A stretch of 64,000 bases of DNA from an uncultured archaeon (GCA_964410585.1 CAYPFW010000004.1:1-64000), one strand, 5' to 3'; positions 37,202 to 47,196 are shown, numbered from the stretch's first letter. Translations and numbers: made by a program. Notes: generated from the letters alone by a model not told the origin.

Positions 37202-38514
37202 CTAAATAGTTTTTGGGCCTTCCTTATTCCTTCTACAAGTAAATCGATCTCTTCTCTTGTGTTGTAGATATAAAAGCTTGCGCGAGAGGATCCTGTTACA
37301 CCAAGCATGTTCATTAAAAGCATTGCACAATGGTGACCTCCACGTATTGCGATTCCTTCATGATCTAAGATTGTTGATAAGTCGTGTGGGTGTATTTTTC
37401 CAACATTAAATGAGACAAGACCCCCTCTTTCAGATTTCCCCGCGATAGCATCTGCATCTCTTGAGTGCGAAGTATGCAGAGATGTCTCGTGTCTAGATTT
37501 GCTCTGCGAGACACGATCGCGGCTTTTAGTATTTGGTCCGTAAATTTTTAGGTCTTTTATTTCAGAAAGTTTTTTCAAAGCATAGGAAATCAAATCTTTT
37601 TCATGGCTTTCAATTTTTTCCATTCCTATTTTTTCTAAATAGTTTATAGCTGCTGAAAGGCCTATTGCCTCTGCAATGTTTGGTGTACCTGCTTCAAACT
37701 TCCATGGAATGACATCCCACGTTGTTTTCTGTTCTTGGACTTCCCTTATCATTCCGCCACCAAAAAGAAAAGGATCTAAATTCTCCAAAAGATCTTTTCT
37801 TCCGTATAGAACACCTATTCCAGTAGGACCAAGCATTTTGTGACCTGAAAAAGCAAGGAAATCGCATCCCAAATCTTTTACATTAACTCTCATATGTGGA
37901 ACGCTTTGAGCGCCGTCCACAACAAACAAGGAATCATTTGCCCTTACTATTTTTGATATTTCTTTTATTGGATTTATTGTCCCCAGAACATTTGAAACAT
38001 GGGTAAGCGACACTATTTTTGTTTTTTTTGTAAGTTGGTTTTCTAAACTTTTCAAATTCAGTTTTCCTTCATTTGTGAGTTCAACATATTTTAGAACAAA
38101 ACCTTTTTGGCTTGCTGCATATTGCCATGGGACAATGTTCGAATGGTGCTCCATTTTTGAAATTAATATTTCATCACCTTTTTTGAAATCTCTTGTGAGG
38201 ATATTTGCTAAAGAATTTAGGGACTCTGTTGTATTTTTTGTGAAAGAAATTTCATCAAACTCCGCACCTATAAATTTTGCAACATCTTGGTGGGCTTTTT
38301 CGTAAGCTATGCTTGCTTCTTCACTAAGCTTATGAACACCTCTGTGGACGTTTGCATTGTAATTTTCATAATAATCAACAATTGCCTGGATTACTTGTTT
38401 TGGTTTTTGAGTTGTTGCAGTTGAGTCTAAATAAACAAGAGGTTTTCCATTGATTTTTCTTTTCAATATTGGAAAATCTTCTCTGATTTTATTTGTGTTT
38501 ATTACATTTTTCAT
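37198..38514 (-). CDS. sufS: Cysteine desulfurase SufS with a 30-aa in-frame insertion
   Basis: YLDSTATTQKP, EHHSN, FSGHKMLGP, FEAGTP, RGGHHCA. Confidence 0.95.
   Translation of the reverse strand: MKNVINTNKIREDFPILKRKINGKPLVYLDSTATTQKPKQVIQAIVDYYENYNANVHRGVHKLSEEASIAYEKAHQDVAKFIGAEFDEISFTKNTTESLNSLANILTRDFKKGDEILISKMEHHSNIVPWQYAASQKGFVLKYVELTNEGKLNLKSLENQLTKKTKIVSLTHVSNVLGTINPIKEISKIVRANDSLFVVDGAQSVPHMRVNVKDLGCDFLAFSGHKMLGPTGIGVLYGRKDLLENLDPFLFGGGMIREVQEQKTTWDVIPWKFEAGTPNIAEAIGLSAAINYLEKIGMEKIESHEKDLISYALKKLSEIKDLKIYGPNTKSRDRVSQSKSRHETSLHTSHSRDADAIAGKSERGGLVSFNVGKIHPHDLSTILDHEGIAIRGGHHCAMLLMNMLGVTGSSRASFYIYNTREEIDLLVEGIRKAQKLFS
37440..37522. repeat. Module-C branched palindrome inside the sufS coding sequence
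   Basis: CCGCGAT/ATCGCGG closing stem; core ATCTGCATCT..ATGCAGAGATGTCTCGTG..CACGA shared with 59017-59081. Confidence 0.85.
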
Positions 38515-38515
38515 A

Positions 38516-38577
38516 TTTGTATATTAGTTTCTTTGGGGTAAGCCTTAGACCTTTCTTTTCTAAAGAAAGGGATTAGG
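38516..38577 (-). repeat. Module-B repeat between sufD and sufS
   Basis: Reverse complement CTAATCCCTTTCTTTAGAAAAGAAAGGTCTAAGGCTTACCCCAAAGAAACTAATATACA. Confidence 0.88.
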
Positions 38578-38608
38578 TCTTCTCTGATTTTTTTAACATT
38601 TATTGAGC

Positions 38609-39814
38609 TCATACACCTATTCCTCTGTTTAATTTTTTTGATATTGATTGCCTTGCATTTTTTCTTAGATCCTTTACATCAATTTTCCTTATTAGAGGAT
38701 CGAAAAATGCCTCGATAATTTTTCTTTTAGCCTTTTCCTCATCAAGACTCCTTGACATTAAATAAAAAAGTTTTTCATGGTCTATTTGTCCAATTGTTGT
38801 GCCATGTGAGCATTTAACGTTGTTGTTATCTATCTCTAGGTTAGGGACAGCATCTGCCTCAGCGTGCTCTGAAAGTAAAAGTGTGTCCTCTTTCTGGAAG
38901 CCTGTTGAGTTTGGTGCATTTTTATGTATTTTTACAAGGCCTCTGTATATTGCTTTTGAGTGCTGGTTTAGGGCCCCGCGTGTAACCAAGTCTGATGTTG
39001 TATAGGGAGCCTGATGATGAACATTTAATGTAAGATCTAATTGCTGTTTTCCAGAGCCGAAGAAGAATGTCATTGTTTTTGTTCCAGATCCTTCTCCTGC
39101 CAACCATGTAGAAACATCTGACTTGCAAAGGCTTCCGCCTAAATCACAGACAACCCAATTTATTGAGCTATCCTTTTCCAAGACAGCTGTTTTCTTTGAA
39201 AATGAAATTACATCAGATAAATGTTGAACGCTTGAGTAATTTATTTGAGATGATTCTTTTCCAACAATTTCCGTTATAGAGCTTCTGTAGTTGTATTTTG
39301 ATAATTTTGTATCGAAGGTGTTTTCAATAAAGTTAACCTTGCTGTATCTATCGGCAACAATAAGCACATGATCGAAGGAAGAAGGTGAAATGAAAGGGAA
39401 GTCAAAAGACAGTGTTGCTTCAACTTGCTTTGGAATATAAACAAAGATACCTCTTTGGAAAAGTGATGCATGAAGTGTTGAGAATTTGTCACTGAAATCG
39501 ATGTTTTTCAAAAGATGCTGTTTGATTAAATCTTCATGAGTTCTTAGAGCTTCACTAAAATTAGAAACTATTATTTTTGGATTGTTTTGGATATGTAACT
39601 TTTCTATGTGAGGGAGGGAAAGTTTTTCAAAATCCAAAACAGATGGATCTAGGTTTATTCCAAGGCCGTAAACAAAGTTTGGTTTTGGTAGGCTCTCATA
39701 TGCATCCCAAGCCTTCAGTCTAAATGTTTTGAGCCAGCTTGGTTCATTGTTTTGATTGGACAATTCTTCAACTAGTTCTCTGGAAATTTTTTCAGAAATT
39801 ATTGTCTTTTGCAT
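38609..39814 (-). CDS. sufD: Fe-S assembly protein SufD
   Basis: VPNLEIDNNNVKCSHGTTIG, LFYLMSR. Confidence 0.93.
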   Translation of the reverse strand: MQKTIISEKISRELVEELSNQNNEPSWLKTFRLKAWDAYESLPKPNFVYGLGINLDPSVLDFEKLSLPHIEKLHIQNNPKIIVSNFSEALRTHEDLIKQHLLKNIDFSDKFSTLHASLFQRGIFVYIPKQVEATLSFDFPFISPSSFDHVLIVADRYSKVNFIENTFDTKLSKYNYRSSITEIVGKESSQINYSSVQHLSDVISFSKKTAVLEKDSSINWVVCDLGGSLCKSDVSTWLAGEGSGTKTMTFFFGSGKQQLDLTLNVHHQAPYTTSDLVTRGALNQHSKAIYRGLVKIHKNAPNSTGFQKEDTLLLSEHAEADAVPNLEIDNNNVKCSHGTTIGQIDHEKLFYLMSRSLDEEKAKRKIIEAFFDPLIRKIDVKDLRKNARQSISKKLNRGIGV

Positions 39815-39816
39815 AC

Positions 39817-41232
39817 TTAACCTAAAGAACCTGTCATTTCTAGAGCCATTAGCCTATTCATTTCAACTGCATATTCTAGTGGGAGCTCTTTGATAATTGG
39901 TTCGATAAAACCAGAAACAATCATTTGGATTGCTTGTGTTTCAGGTATGCCTCTTGACATTAAGTAGAATATTTGATCCTGGGAAATTTTTCCAACAGTT
40001 GCTTCGTGTGCGACATCTGATTTGTTTTCATTTATTTTCATGTATGGAAATGTGTTTGTTTTTGAGTTATCATCCATCATCAAGGCATCACACTGTATGT
40101 TTGACTTTGCACCCGTCGATCCCTTTTTGATTTCCAAATGGCCTCTATAAGATGTAACTCCGCCATCGACGCTTATTGATTTTGATTTTATTGTTGATGA
40201 AGTGTTTTTTGCTAAATGGTAGACTTTTGCTCCTGTATCTTGGTTTTGGCCTTTGCCTGCGAAGGCTATGGCTAAATGATCTGCTCTTGAATTTTCACCT
40301 TTAAGGACAGAAGCTGGATATAGCATTGTGGCACATGAGCCCATGTTTGCACCTATCCATTCTACAAACCCATCTTTTTCAACAACTGCTCTTTTTGTGT
40401 TTAAATTGTATGTATTTTTTGACCAATTTTCAACAGAAGAGTATCTAAACCTTGCGCCTTCTTTCACAAACACCTCAACACAACCTGCGTGCAGGGAATT
40501 TTCATTGTATATTGGTGCACTGCAGCCTTCGATATAAGAACCTTGTGCGCCTTTTTCTATGATAATTAAAGTGTGTTCAAACTGTCCCATTTTTTCTGCA
40601 TTCATTCTGAAATAAGCTTGGAGAGGGAAATCAACTTTGACTCCTTCTGGGATGTATAAGAAAGTTCCTCCAGACCAAACAGCCCCATGCAAAGCTGCAA
40701 ACTTGTGAAGTTTTGGCGAGACACACTGAGTCATGAAATATGGTTTAACTAATTCTGGATATTTTTCAACTGCTTCATCCATGTCTAAAAATATGACGCC
40801 TTTATCTTCCCATTCTTTTTTCAGGTTGTGATATAAAGTCATGCTTTCGAACTGGGCACCTGCGCCTGCTAGGTATCTTTGCTCTGCTTCTGGTATACCT
40901 AGTTTTTCAAATGTATTTTTGATTTCTGGAGGAAGATCCTCCCATTTTTTTGAATTCTTTTTTGCGTCTGCTTTTGCGTAATAGATTATTTTTTCTGTGT
41001 CAAGTTTGGAAATATCAGGCCCCCATGTTGGGGTTTCTAGTTGGTGGAAATATTCCAAGGCTTTTAGCCTTTTTTGAAGCATCCAATCTGGTTCATGCTT
41101 TTCTTTAGAAATAAGTCTGACTACGTCTTCTGTCAACCCTTGCGGAGCTACATATTCATATTTGCTCTCTGTTTTTTTGTCCAAAGCTTCCCTGACTTTT
41201 TGGCTGTATGCAAGCTCCTGCTGGTTTTCCAT
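39817..41232 (-). CDS. sufB: Fe-S assembly protein SufB
   Basis: LQAYFRMN, GQFEHTLII, YIEGCSAP, HEATVGKI. Confidence 0.96.
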   Translation of the reverse strand: MENQQELAYSQKVREALDKKTESKYEYVAPQGLTEDVVRLISKEKHEPDWMLQKRLKALEYFHQLETPTWGPDISKLDTEKIIYYAKADAKKNSKKWEDLPPEIKNTFEKLGIPEAEQRYLAGAGAQFESMTLYHNLKKEWEDKGVIFLDMDEAVEKYPELVKPYFMTQCVSPKLHKFAALHGAVWSGGTFLYIPEGVKVDFPLQAYFRMNAEKMGQFEHTLIIIEKGAQGSYIEGCSAPIYNENSLHAGCVEVFVKEGARFRYSSVENWSKNTYNLNTKRAVVEKDGFVEWIGANMGSCATMLYPASVLKGENSRADHLAIAFAGKGQNQDTGAKVYHLAKNTSSTIKSKSISVDGGVTSYRGHLEIKKGSTGAKSNIQCDALMMDDNSKTNTFPYMKINENKSDVAHEATVGKISQDQIFYLMSRGIPETQAIQMIVSGFIEPIIKELPLEYAVEMNRLMALEMTGSLG

Positions 41233-41235
41233 AAA

Positions 41236-41646
41236 CTATTCCTGAATTATTTTTTTTAATTGAACTAAACCTGGTTTTAAAGTCTTGGCCTCAAAACACA
41301 CTGAACATCCCTGTGGCACTTCATCATATAGCATGTGGATTTGGCAAACAGTGAGGTCTTTTTCACATTCTGAGACTATTTTGTAGATTTCTGTGAACAC
41401 ATCGCTGTTTTTGCTTAGAATGTTTTCGACACTTTCTTTGATCATTGATTTTATGTGGTCGTTTAGTTTGACTTCAGCTGCACGCCTGTCTTTCATATAA
41501 TTTGAAACAGCTGCTTCTGTCAAACCAAGTTTGTCTGCTGCTTTTTTTTGAGACAATCCTTTTGCAATCAATTCTTTTACAAATTCCCTTCTTATTGTTG
41601 GGATGATGTACCATGTTGCGATTTCCTGTGGGAGTTTTTTTAGCAT
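41236..41646 (-). CDS. HTH transcriptional regulator with C-terminal Cys/His cluster, first gene of the SUF operon
   Basis: LPQEI...IPTIRRE, GLSQKKAADKLGLTEAAVSNY..R, C-x6-C-x2-H-x9-C-x2-C; SD GGTGA before ATG at 41646. Confidence 0.85.
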   Translation of the reverse strand: MLKKLPQEIATWYIIPTIRREFVKELIAKGLSQKKAADKLGLTEAAVSNYMKDRRAAEVKLNDHIKSMIKESVENILSKNSDVFTEIYKIVSECEKDLTVCQIHMLYDEVPQGCSVCFEAKTLKPGLVQLKKIIQE

Positions 41647-41663
41647 TCTTTTCACCAATTGAA

Positions 41664-41724
41664 TTTGAATACTGTTTTTCTTTGTGTACGGTGGACTTTC
41701 TTCTTTTGAGAAAGAAAGGCTAGC
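41664..41724 (-). repeat. Module-B repeat in the 5' leader of the SUF operon
   Basis: Reverse complement GCTAGCCTTTCTTTCTCAAAAGAAGAAAGTCCACCGTACACAAAGAAAAACAGTATTCAAA. Confidence 0.82.
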
Positions 41725-41914
41725 AAGTTTTAATAGTTATTAAAAGTTCGTTTACGTTCTATATTTAGACTAAAGGTTTTAAATACTTAACAATGAAAAG
41801 TCCCCAAATTCAGAAATATATAACAGTGTTATAATCAATAGCTTACTATTATAAAGTAGCTACTAATAAGGTTTATAAAGGTTAAAATTAATTAGTATCG
41901 GTTTTGAGGTTGAA

Positions 41915-42688
41915 ATGAAAATCAGAAAATTAGTTGTTGAAGAACCAAAAATAATAGAAGGGGTTTTGGTTAGTAGAGATCGTGGGTTTGCTGGTGGAGA
42001 TATTGAGATATCACCAACCGCTAGAGTGGTAGCTACTGTTAATGGTAACATGACATCTTACACTCTTGAAAGCTATGATAGAGCATCTTCCTTTAGAGGA
42101 CCTGTCTATTGCCCTTTACCAGAAAGAATTTATCCAAGAGTAAGAGTTACTGAAACAAGAGAAAGGGAAACCAAAAGAAATGATAGAGAATATGTACAAT
42201 CTGGTTTTGTAACAACAATTGTTGAAGATTTAGATCAAGGCACTAAAACAGAAAATCGGGTTCTAGATTTTGTGAACAGTGGATATGCTTTTTGGAATAG
42301 AATTGTGAGAGGAACTTTGGAACAACTTCCATCGGAGCAAGCAAGGGAAAAACTGAAAAAAAGAAAAGATCCTATTGAGGACGCAGTTGTTCTTGGAATA
42401 AGAAGCTTGAATGGAAGATGTTTGATTCCAATTATTTTTTATCCAGACCGAGAAGTATCAATACCACAAGAAGCTTACGGTCACAGAGTTCATTTCCAAG
42501 AAGGTATGTGGAACCACGATATAGATGGTCTTGGCAACGATAGGAGTTTTGACCAACTGCTTAGAGACTTAGAAACAGGAAAAGATTATTCAGGTGGAGC
42601 AGACCACGAAATGTTAAGTCCCAGAAGACTTGAAAGACTAAGACAACAAGCAAAAAAATTTAGTAAAAAATCAGGCATTAGATTTTAG
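41915..42688 (+). CDS. Hypothetical protein
   Basis: 257-aa ORF with SD GAGGT; no recognised motif. Confidence 0.7.
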   Translation: MKIRKLVVEEPKIIEGVLVSRDRGFAGGDIEISPTARVVATVNGNMTSYTLESYDRASSFRGPVYCPLPERIYPRVRVTETRERETKRNDREYVQSGFVTTIVEDLDQGTKTENRVLDFVNSGYAFWNRIVRGTLEQLPSEQAREKLKKRKDPIEDAVVLGIRSLNGRCLIPIIFYPDREVSIPQEAYGHRVHFQEGMWNHDIDGLGNDRSFDQLLRDLETGKDYSGGADHEMLSPRRLERLRQQAKKFSKKSGIRF

Positions 42689-42694
42689 TTTTGT

Positions 42695-43327
42695 ATGTCC
42701 AAACCTCAACCTCTGTCTTACAGAGAACTAATTGCACCAAAGAGAAGATATGGACCAAAAGTTTTGACACCTGAAGATATTCCAATCCATCCACATGTTT
42801 ACAATAATCCCTTTTCTTATACTCCCGAATTTACTCGAGAAGTTTTGGGAAGAATAAGAGAATCAATGATAGAAGATGATAGGACTATCAGAGAAGTTTT
42901 AGGTATAGAAACGGGATTTGAAATTCAGAATGATTGTCTCATAGCTAGATCAGTTGAAAGGGAGTACACACGCCCCGATGGAACAAAAAGAAAAACCACA
43001 ACACCTGAACACCGACTTGATTATTCCTTTGTTCATTTTTCTCCAAATCCAGGAAAACTTGAAACAGGTGTTTCTATTGGCAGTGCGAACATTGATATAG
43101 TTCCGCATTTGGCTTGTCATATTCGATTAGAAGTAAGTCTAACAGAGGCACATCCAATGTCGCCAGAAAGGTTGGAAGAATATGCATATGCATCTGACCT
43201 GAATTTAAGGGTTCCCCAAATACATGCTTGGTATAGACACAATTTAGATGATGCATCAGCCACTGCTCTGCATTTCTTTAGAAACTTCGCAATTCTGTTC
43301 AACAATTTAGGGCTTGAAGTTGTTTAG
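42695..43327 (+). CDS. Hypothetical protein
   Basis: 210-aa ORF 6 nt after the previous gene. Confidence 0.7.
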   Translation: MSKPQPLSYRELIAPKRRYGPKVLTPEDIPIHPHVYNNPFSYTPEFTREVLGRIRESMIEDDRTIREVLGIETGFEIQNDCLIARSVEREYTRPDGTKRKTTTPEHRLDYSFVHFSPNPGKLETGVSIGSANIDIVPHLACHIRLEVSLTEAHPMSPERLEEYAYASDLNLRVPQIHAWYRHNLDDASATALHFFRNFAILFNNLGLEVV

Positions 43328-43360
43328 ATCTAAATTTAAAACTTCCTTCTAATTTTGTAC

Positions 43361-43933
43361 ATGGTTCATCCTCAGACATTCCACGGAGTAATTGGAAGTA
43401 TTTTGAAAGACGTAGTAGATTGGGAAGGAAATCCTTTAGATTTCTCCCAACCAACACTCAGAGGTATTGGAAGATACCACAGAGCAAACGAAAGAGAACA
43501 ATATCCTGTGCTTTTTGATTTGGATCTTGGTGTTGATCTTTCTGTGATAAAAAATCCAGCTGCATTTACTGGTTTGCAATATGTGCTTGCAGAAGCTGTT
43601 TACAATTCAATCAAAGCATACAGAGACTCTGAAAAAAACACAGGTGTTTTGAGAGAAGGAGGGGTAAGAATTCTTGCATACGAAACAAGCAATGATTATA
43701 GGATAGAAATCCAAGACAGAGCAGGCGGTGTTTCCAAAACAACTGCAGCAACTGGAATGCCTGGTGAACAAACAATTAGAAGAACTAGAGAAAAGAAAAC
43801 AGGTGGTGGACTTGGTTTTCAGGGAATGAGAACAATGCTACCAAAACTTGGCGGCCGCTACGAAGTCAGCCACATAAAAGAAGACGAACAGATTATTGGA
43901 ACAAATTTGACAATTGTGATTGCTAAAACCTAA
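43361..43933 (+). CDS. Stand-alone HATPase_c (GHKL) domain protein
   Basis: N box EAVYNSIKA, G1 IQDRAGG, G2 GGGLGF, LGG..GT. Confidence 0.75.
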   Translation: MVHPQTFHGVIGSILKDVVDWEGNPLDFSQPTLRGIGRYHRANEREQYPVLFDLDLGVDLSVIKNPAAFTGLQYVLAEAVYNSIKAYRDSEKNTGVLREGGVRILAYETSNDYRIEIQDRAGGVSKTTAATGMPGEQTIRRTREKKTGGGLGFQGMRTMLPKLGGRYEVSHIKEDEQIIGTNLTIVIAKT

Positions 43934-45149
43934 CAAAATCAAACAAATTTTTCCTGTTCAAAATTTTGCTTTTCTTTGAATAGTTTTCAATTCCAATTCT
44001 TGAAACAGAATTAATAAAATTCAAAGCTTCTTGTTTTGTTGGGAATTTTCTAGATTGTTGACGCATTGCATTCCTTACGTTTTCCCTAACTTGCCATACT
44101 CCTAAAGGTACAGTGTACCCATCTCCAATTTCTCTAAACACAACAACCTTAGCCTGCTTTTTTATTTTCTCCAAATACTCCAAAATTCCAATCCTAGAAG
44201 CATAATATCCTCCTGCCTGGAGCGAAGCATATTCTTTCCTTCCTTCATATGGTTCATATTCTTCTATTATTTTCCCTTCTGTTGGCTTGTACCAATTGCT
44301 TTGTGGTGCCCATGTCTCAAAATTCTCAAATTCCCAAGAACCTGGTATCATTAAAACAGTGAAATTGTTGTCCATATAACTGGATTGGAAAACAAAATAA
44401 TTTGAGATCTCAGAATAATCTTTTATTTTTTTAATGAGCTGCTTTCCAACAATGTCGTCAGTTGCAGTTATTGACCACCTCGTTGGCACAAGCTTTTGTT
44501 TTTTCTCCTTTCCCAAAATTCCAGCAGACAAAATTGTTGTTATTTTGTATACATCTTGGTTTTGTTCATACAAAAGATAGGCTGCTTCTGCTGCCTTTAG
44601 ATCGTCCCTAACTATGCTTTCAACCTTCGGTTTGATTTTTGTGTTTTGTGTGAGCCTCATTTTTTCTAAATTTCCAACAGGGCCCATTGGCTGACTTTGT
44701 TCAGACAATACAAAATTGAAAAATGGTTTTTTCTTGAAAAATATTTCAGTCTCAGTTGGCTTCTCGGCCAGCGCAAGTTCTTGGTTCTCCTCAATAAACC
44801 TAGATTTTGAAAAAATATTTTCCTTCTGTTTTGATCTCAGCAAAAAAGACCTCATTTGGATTATTTGGCCATAGTCCATCCCAAACCATTTTGTTGGGTC
44901 ATCTATTGATTGGCTAGTTGGAGAATTTTCAGATGTTGAAATATTGTTTTCCAAGGACGACAAAGGTCCAACATACACATTTGGATAAAAGTTATGGCCC
45001 ACAAACACAGACACAGAAGGCCCGAAAAATTCCTGTTTCAATTTTTCAGAAATCTGCTTTTCAATCTCATACATTTTTGGAAGAGGGTAGCTTTTGTGTA
45101 TGCAAAAAGGGCGCAGATTTTCACAAACTGGACAGGCTGGAACCATCAT
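43923..45149 (-). CDS. nreA: DNA repair protein Nre
   Basis: SVFVG..YPNVYVGPL, LVPTRWSITATDD, AGGYYASR, PLGVWQVRENVR, C-terminal PIP-like NLFDF. Confidence 0.92.
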   Translation of the reverse strand: MMVPACPVCENLRPFCIHKSYPLPKMYEIEKQISEKLKQEFFGPSVSVFVGHNFYPNVYVGPLSSLENNISTSENSPTSQSIDDPTKWFGMDYGQIIQMRSFLLRSKQKENIFSKSRFIEENQELALAEKPTETEIFFKKKPFFNFVLSEQSQPMGPVGNLEKMRLTQNTKIKPKVESIVRDDLKAAEAAYLLYEQNQDVYKITTILSAGILGKEKKQKLVPTRWSITATDDIVGKQLIKKIKDYSEISNYFVFQSSYMDNNFTVLMIPGSWEFENFETWAPQSNWYKPTEGKIIEEYEPYEGRKEYASLQAGGYYASRIGILEYLEKIKKQAKVVVFREIGDGYTVPLGVWQVRENVRNAMRQQSRKFPTKQEALNFINSVSRIGIENYSKKSKILNRKNLFDFVRF

Positions 45150-45251
45150 TTTTAAGATTTGTTTACAGAAGATAAAAACCTAACTAGAGGAGCTTTCCAA
45201 TTTTCCGATAAGTTTTAGATCAGCTTATAAAACTTATTTTCAATTTTCAAT

Positions 45252-45509
45252 ATGGCAGAACTATCAAGAAGGGAAAAAGTTTTTGTTGGAATGTCTAAGG
45301 AAGATTATTTGAAAATTGAACATGGATTGCCAATACCGCCACAGTTTACACAAGGGGATCCTGTTAGGCTTCTTATAATGGATGCACAGGAGCATCCAGA
45401 CCGAGATTATTGGGAAGATGCCAGAAAACGAGCATCAGAAAGATATGAAGTTCCAATTGAGAAACTGCGTTTGTATAGGGAAGTTGTAACTATTGAACAA
45501 ATTGAATAG
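45252..45509 (+). CDS. Hypothetical small protein
   Basis: 85-aa ORF with CTTATAAA about 25 nt upstream. Confidence 0.6.
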   Translation: MAELSRREKVFVGMSKEDYLKIEHGLPIPPQFTQGDPVRLLIMDAQEHPDRDYWEDARKRASERYEVPIEKLRLYREVVTIEQIE

Positions 45510-45577
45510 AAGTTTCTATAAACTTTTCAGTGCGGAATTCTATAGAATCTTTTTATTTTCTTTTTACAATTTCTGGT

Positions 45578-46051
45578 ATGCATTTTGTTCCAGTGACTGC
45601 AGCGATTGAGAAAGATGGAAAATTTCTTCTAGTTAAAAGAAGCGAAAAAGAATCAAACTATCCTGGAAAATGGTTATTTCCTGGAGGAAAAGTTGAAAAG
45701 CAAGAAGATGCTTTGCAAGGACTGCTGAGAGAAATAAAAGAGGAAACTGGACTGGAAGTTGAAGACAAAGCAGCGATGATCAGGACATATTGGTTCACAA
45801 GGTCTGACGGAAATAATTCTTTAGGGTTTAATTTTGTTTTGAAATGGAAATCAGGTGATGTTGTCCTTGGCGAAGATCTTGAAGATTTTGCATGGGTTGC
45901 TCCAGAAGACGTGGGAAAATACGACACAATAAAAGGCTTCCCTAACATGCTGAATCTTGCCAGAGAATTCATTGAAAAAGATTTGCTTTTCCCAATCAGC
46001 AGGATGTCACATGGGGTAAACCACGAGAAGGTACAGAAAATAAAAACTTAA
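45578..46051 (+). CDS. NUDIX hydrolase
   Basis: PGGKVEKQEDALQGLLREIKEETG. Confidence 0.9.
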   Translation: MHFVPVTAAIEKDGKFLLVKRSEKESNYPGKWLFPGGKVEKQEDALQGLLREIKEETGLEVEDKAAMIRTYWFTRSDGNNSLGFNFVLKWKSGDVVLGEDLEDFAWVAPEDVGKYDTIKGFPNMLNLAREFIEKDLLFPISRMSHGVNHEKVQKIKT

Positions 46052-46118
46052 ATATATTTAATTTTACCAATAAGTCTGCAAAACCTATAAATATAAATCT
46101 TAGAAATAATGTACACAT

Positions 46119-46754
46119 ATGTCACGATGCCCTTATTGCAATTCAAATGTAGATAAGAATTGGGAATTTTGCCCAAGCTGCGGTTCCCATGTACAGGTAA
46201 AGCGCGATGTTTTCTCAGACATGTTTTCAAAAGTTTTCGATGATTTCAAGGAAATGAACAAGGTTTTTGAAAGGGATGTTGAAGCAATGGATTTGTCACC
46301 TTGGTTTAGAAGGCCTAAAGGCTCTGGATTCTCAATAAAAATAGTTACAAGTGGAAAAAACCCACCAAAAGTTTCTGTGAGAACATACGGCGATGTTGAC
46401 CAGAACAGGATCAAGAAAGAAGTCTATAATCAGCTTGGAGTGCCTGGACAAGTGAAAGAAGAAAAGATAAACCAGGATGAATATTTGGAAGTAAAAGAGA
46501 AAAAAAGAAACGCGCCAAAAGTGACAGAAGAAGCAAAGGCAGATGTGCGAAGAGTTGGAGATAAAGTTATTGTCGATTTACAGCTTCCTGGAGTGAAAGC
46601 AGATGACATAGAAGTAAAAGAGCTTGAAAGCTCAGTTGAAGTAAAAGCAAATGTTGGTGATAAGGCTTATTTCAAAATTCTCACAAAACCAAAAGACTAC
46701 AATTTATTTAACCAAAATTTCAAAAACGGGGTTTTGCATTTGGAATTTGCTTAA
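46119..46754 (+). CDS. Zinc-ribbon plus Hsp20/alpha-crystallin-like protein
   Basis: CPYC...FCPSCG; LPGVKADDI, FKNGVLHL. Confidence 0.8.
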   Translation: MSRCPYCNSNVDKNWEFCPSCGSHVQVKRDVFSDMFSKVFDDFKEMNKVFERDVEAMDLSPWFRRPKGSGFSIKIVTSGKNPPKVSVRTYGDVDQNRIKKEVYNQLGVPGQVKEEKINQDEYLEVKEKKRNAPKVTEEAKADVRRVGDKVIVDLQLPGVKADDIEVKELESSVEVKANVGDKAYFKILTKPKDYNLFNQNFKNGVLHLEFA

Positions 46755-46818
46755 CTTTGAAATTTTCTTTAGTTTTTAGAAGTTTTAGAATTACTTTCAA
46801 AAAATTTTTAGAAAACGC

Positions 46819-47190
46819 TTAACTTGCCTGCTTTTGTTTATCTGGTCTAGTTTCGTAGAAATGCAATAATCTAGCTGCTTCCTCTTCAGGATGTTTGTCT
46901 CTATAATCCTTTATCTTAGCTTCTGTTCTTTCTAATTTTAATCTTGCTTCTTCTTCGGGGTGCCTATTATTATAATCCTGAATTACATCCTTTGTTCTTT
47001 GTAGTTCTGATTTTGCTGCTGCCTTTTTAGTTGGACTTGCTTTGTGAACCTGTTCTTCAAGTCTAGCCCTTAGAGCCAATAATTCTGTGTATTGATCAAG
47101 AGAATATCTCCCATCACTATCGGGCTCGCCTACATCTTCTGGTTTTTCTATAATTCTCAATCTTCCAAAAACACTTGTTGCATATGTCAT
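46819..47190 (-). CDS. Small helical hypothetical protein, paralog array member with internal repeat
   Basis: YSLDQY..LL.LR..L motif; DY..(R/K)HPEEEA occurs twice. Confidence 0.7.
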   Translation of the reverse strand: MTYATSVFGRLRIIEKPEDVGEPDSDGRYSLDQYTELLALRARLEEQVHKASPTKKAAAKSELQRTKDVIQDYNNRHPEEEARLKLERTEAKIKDYRDKHPEEEAARLLHFYETRPDKQKQAS

Positions 47191-47196
47191 AAAATC

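Noticed and set aside
37429-37530. SufS insertion as a canonical BHB mRNA intron
   Set aside because: No 4-bp central helix with two 3-nt bulges could be drawn around the closing stem; reported as an in-frame insertion instead
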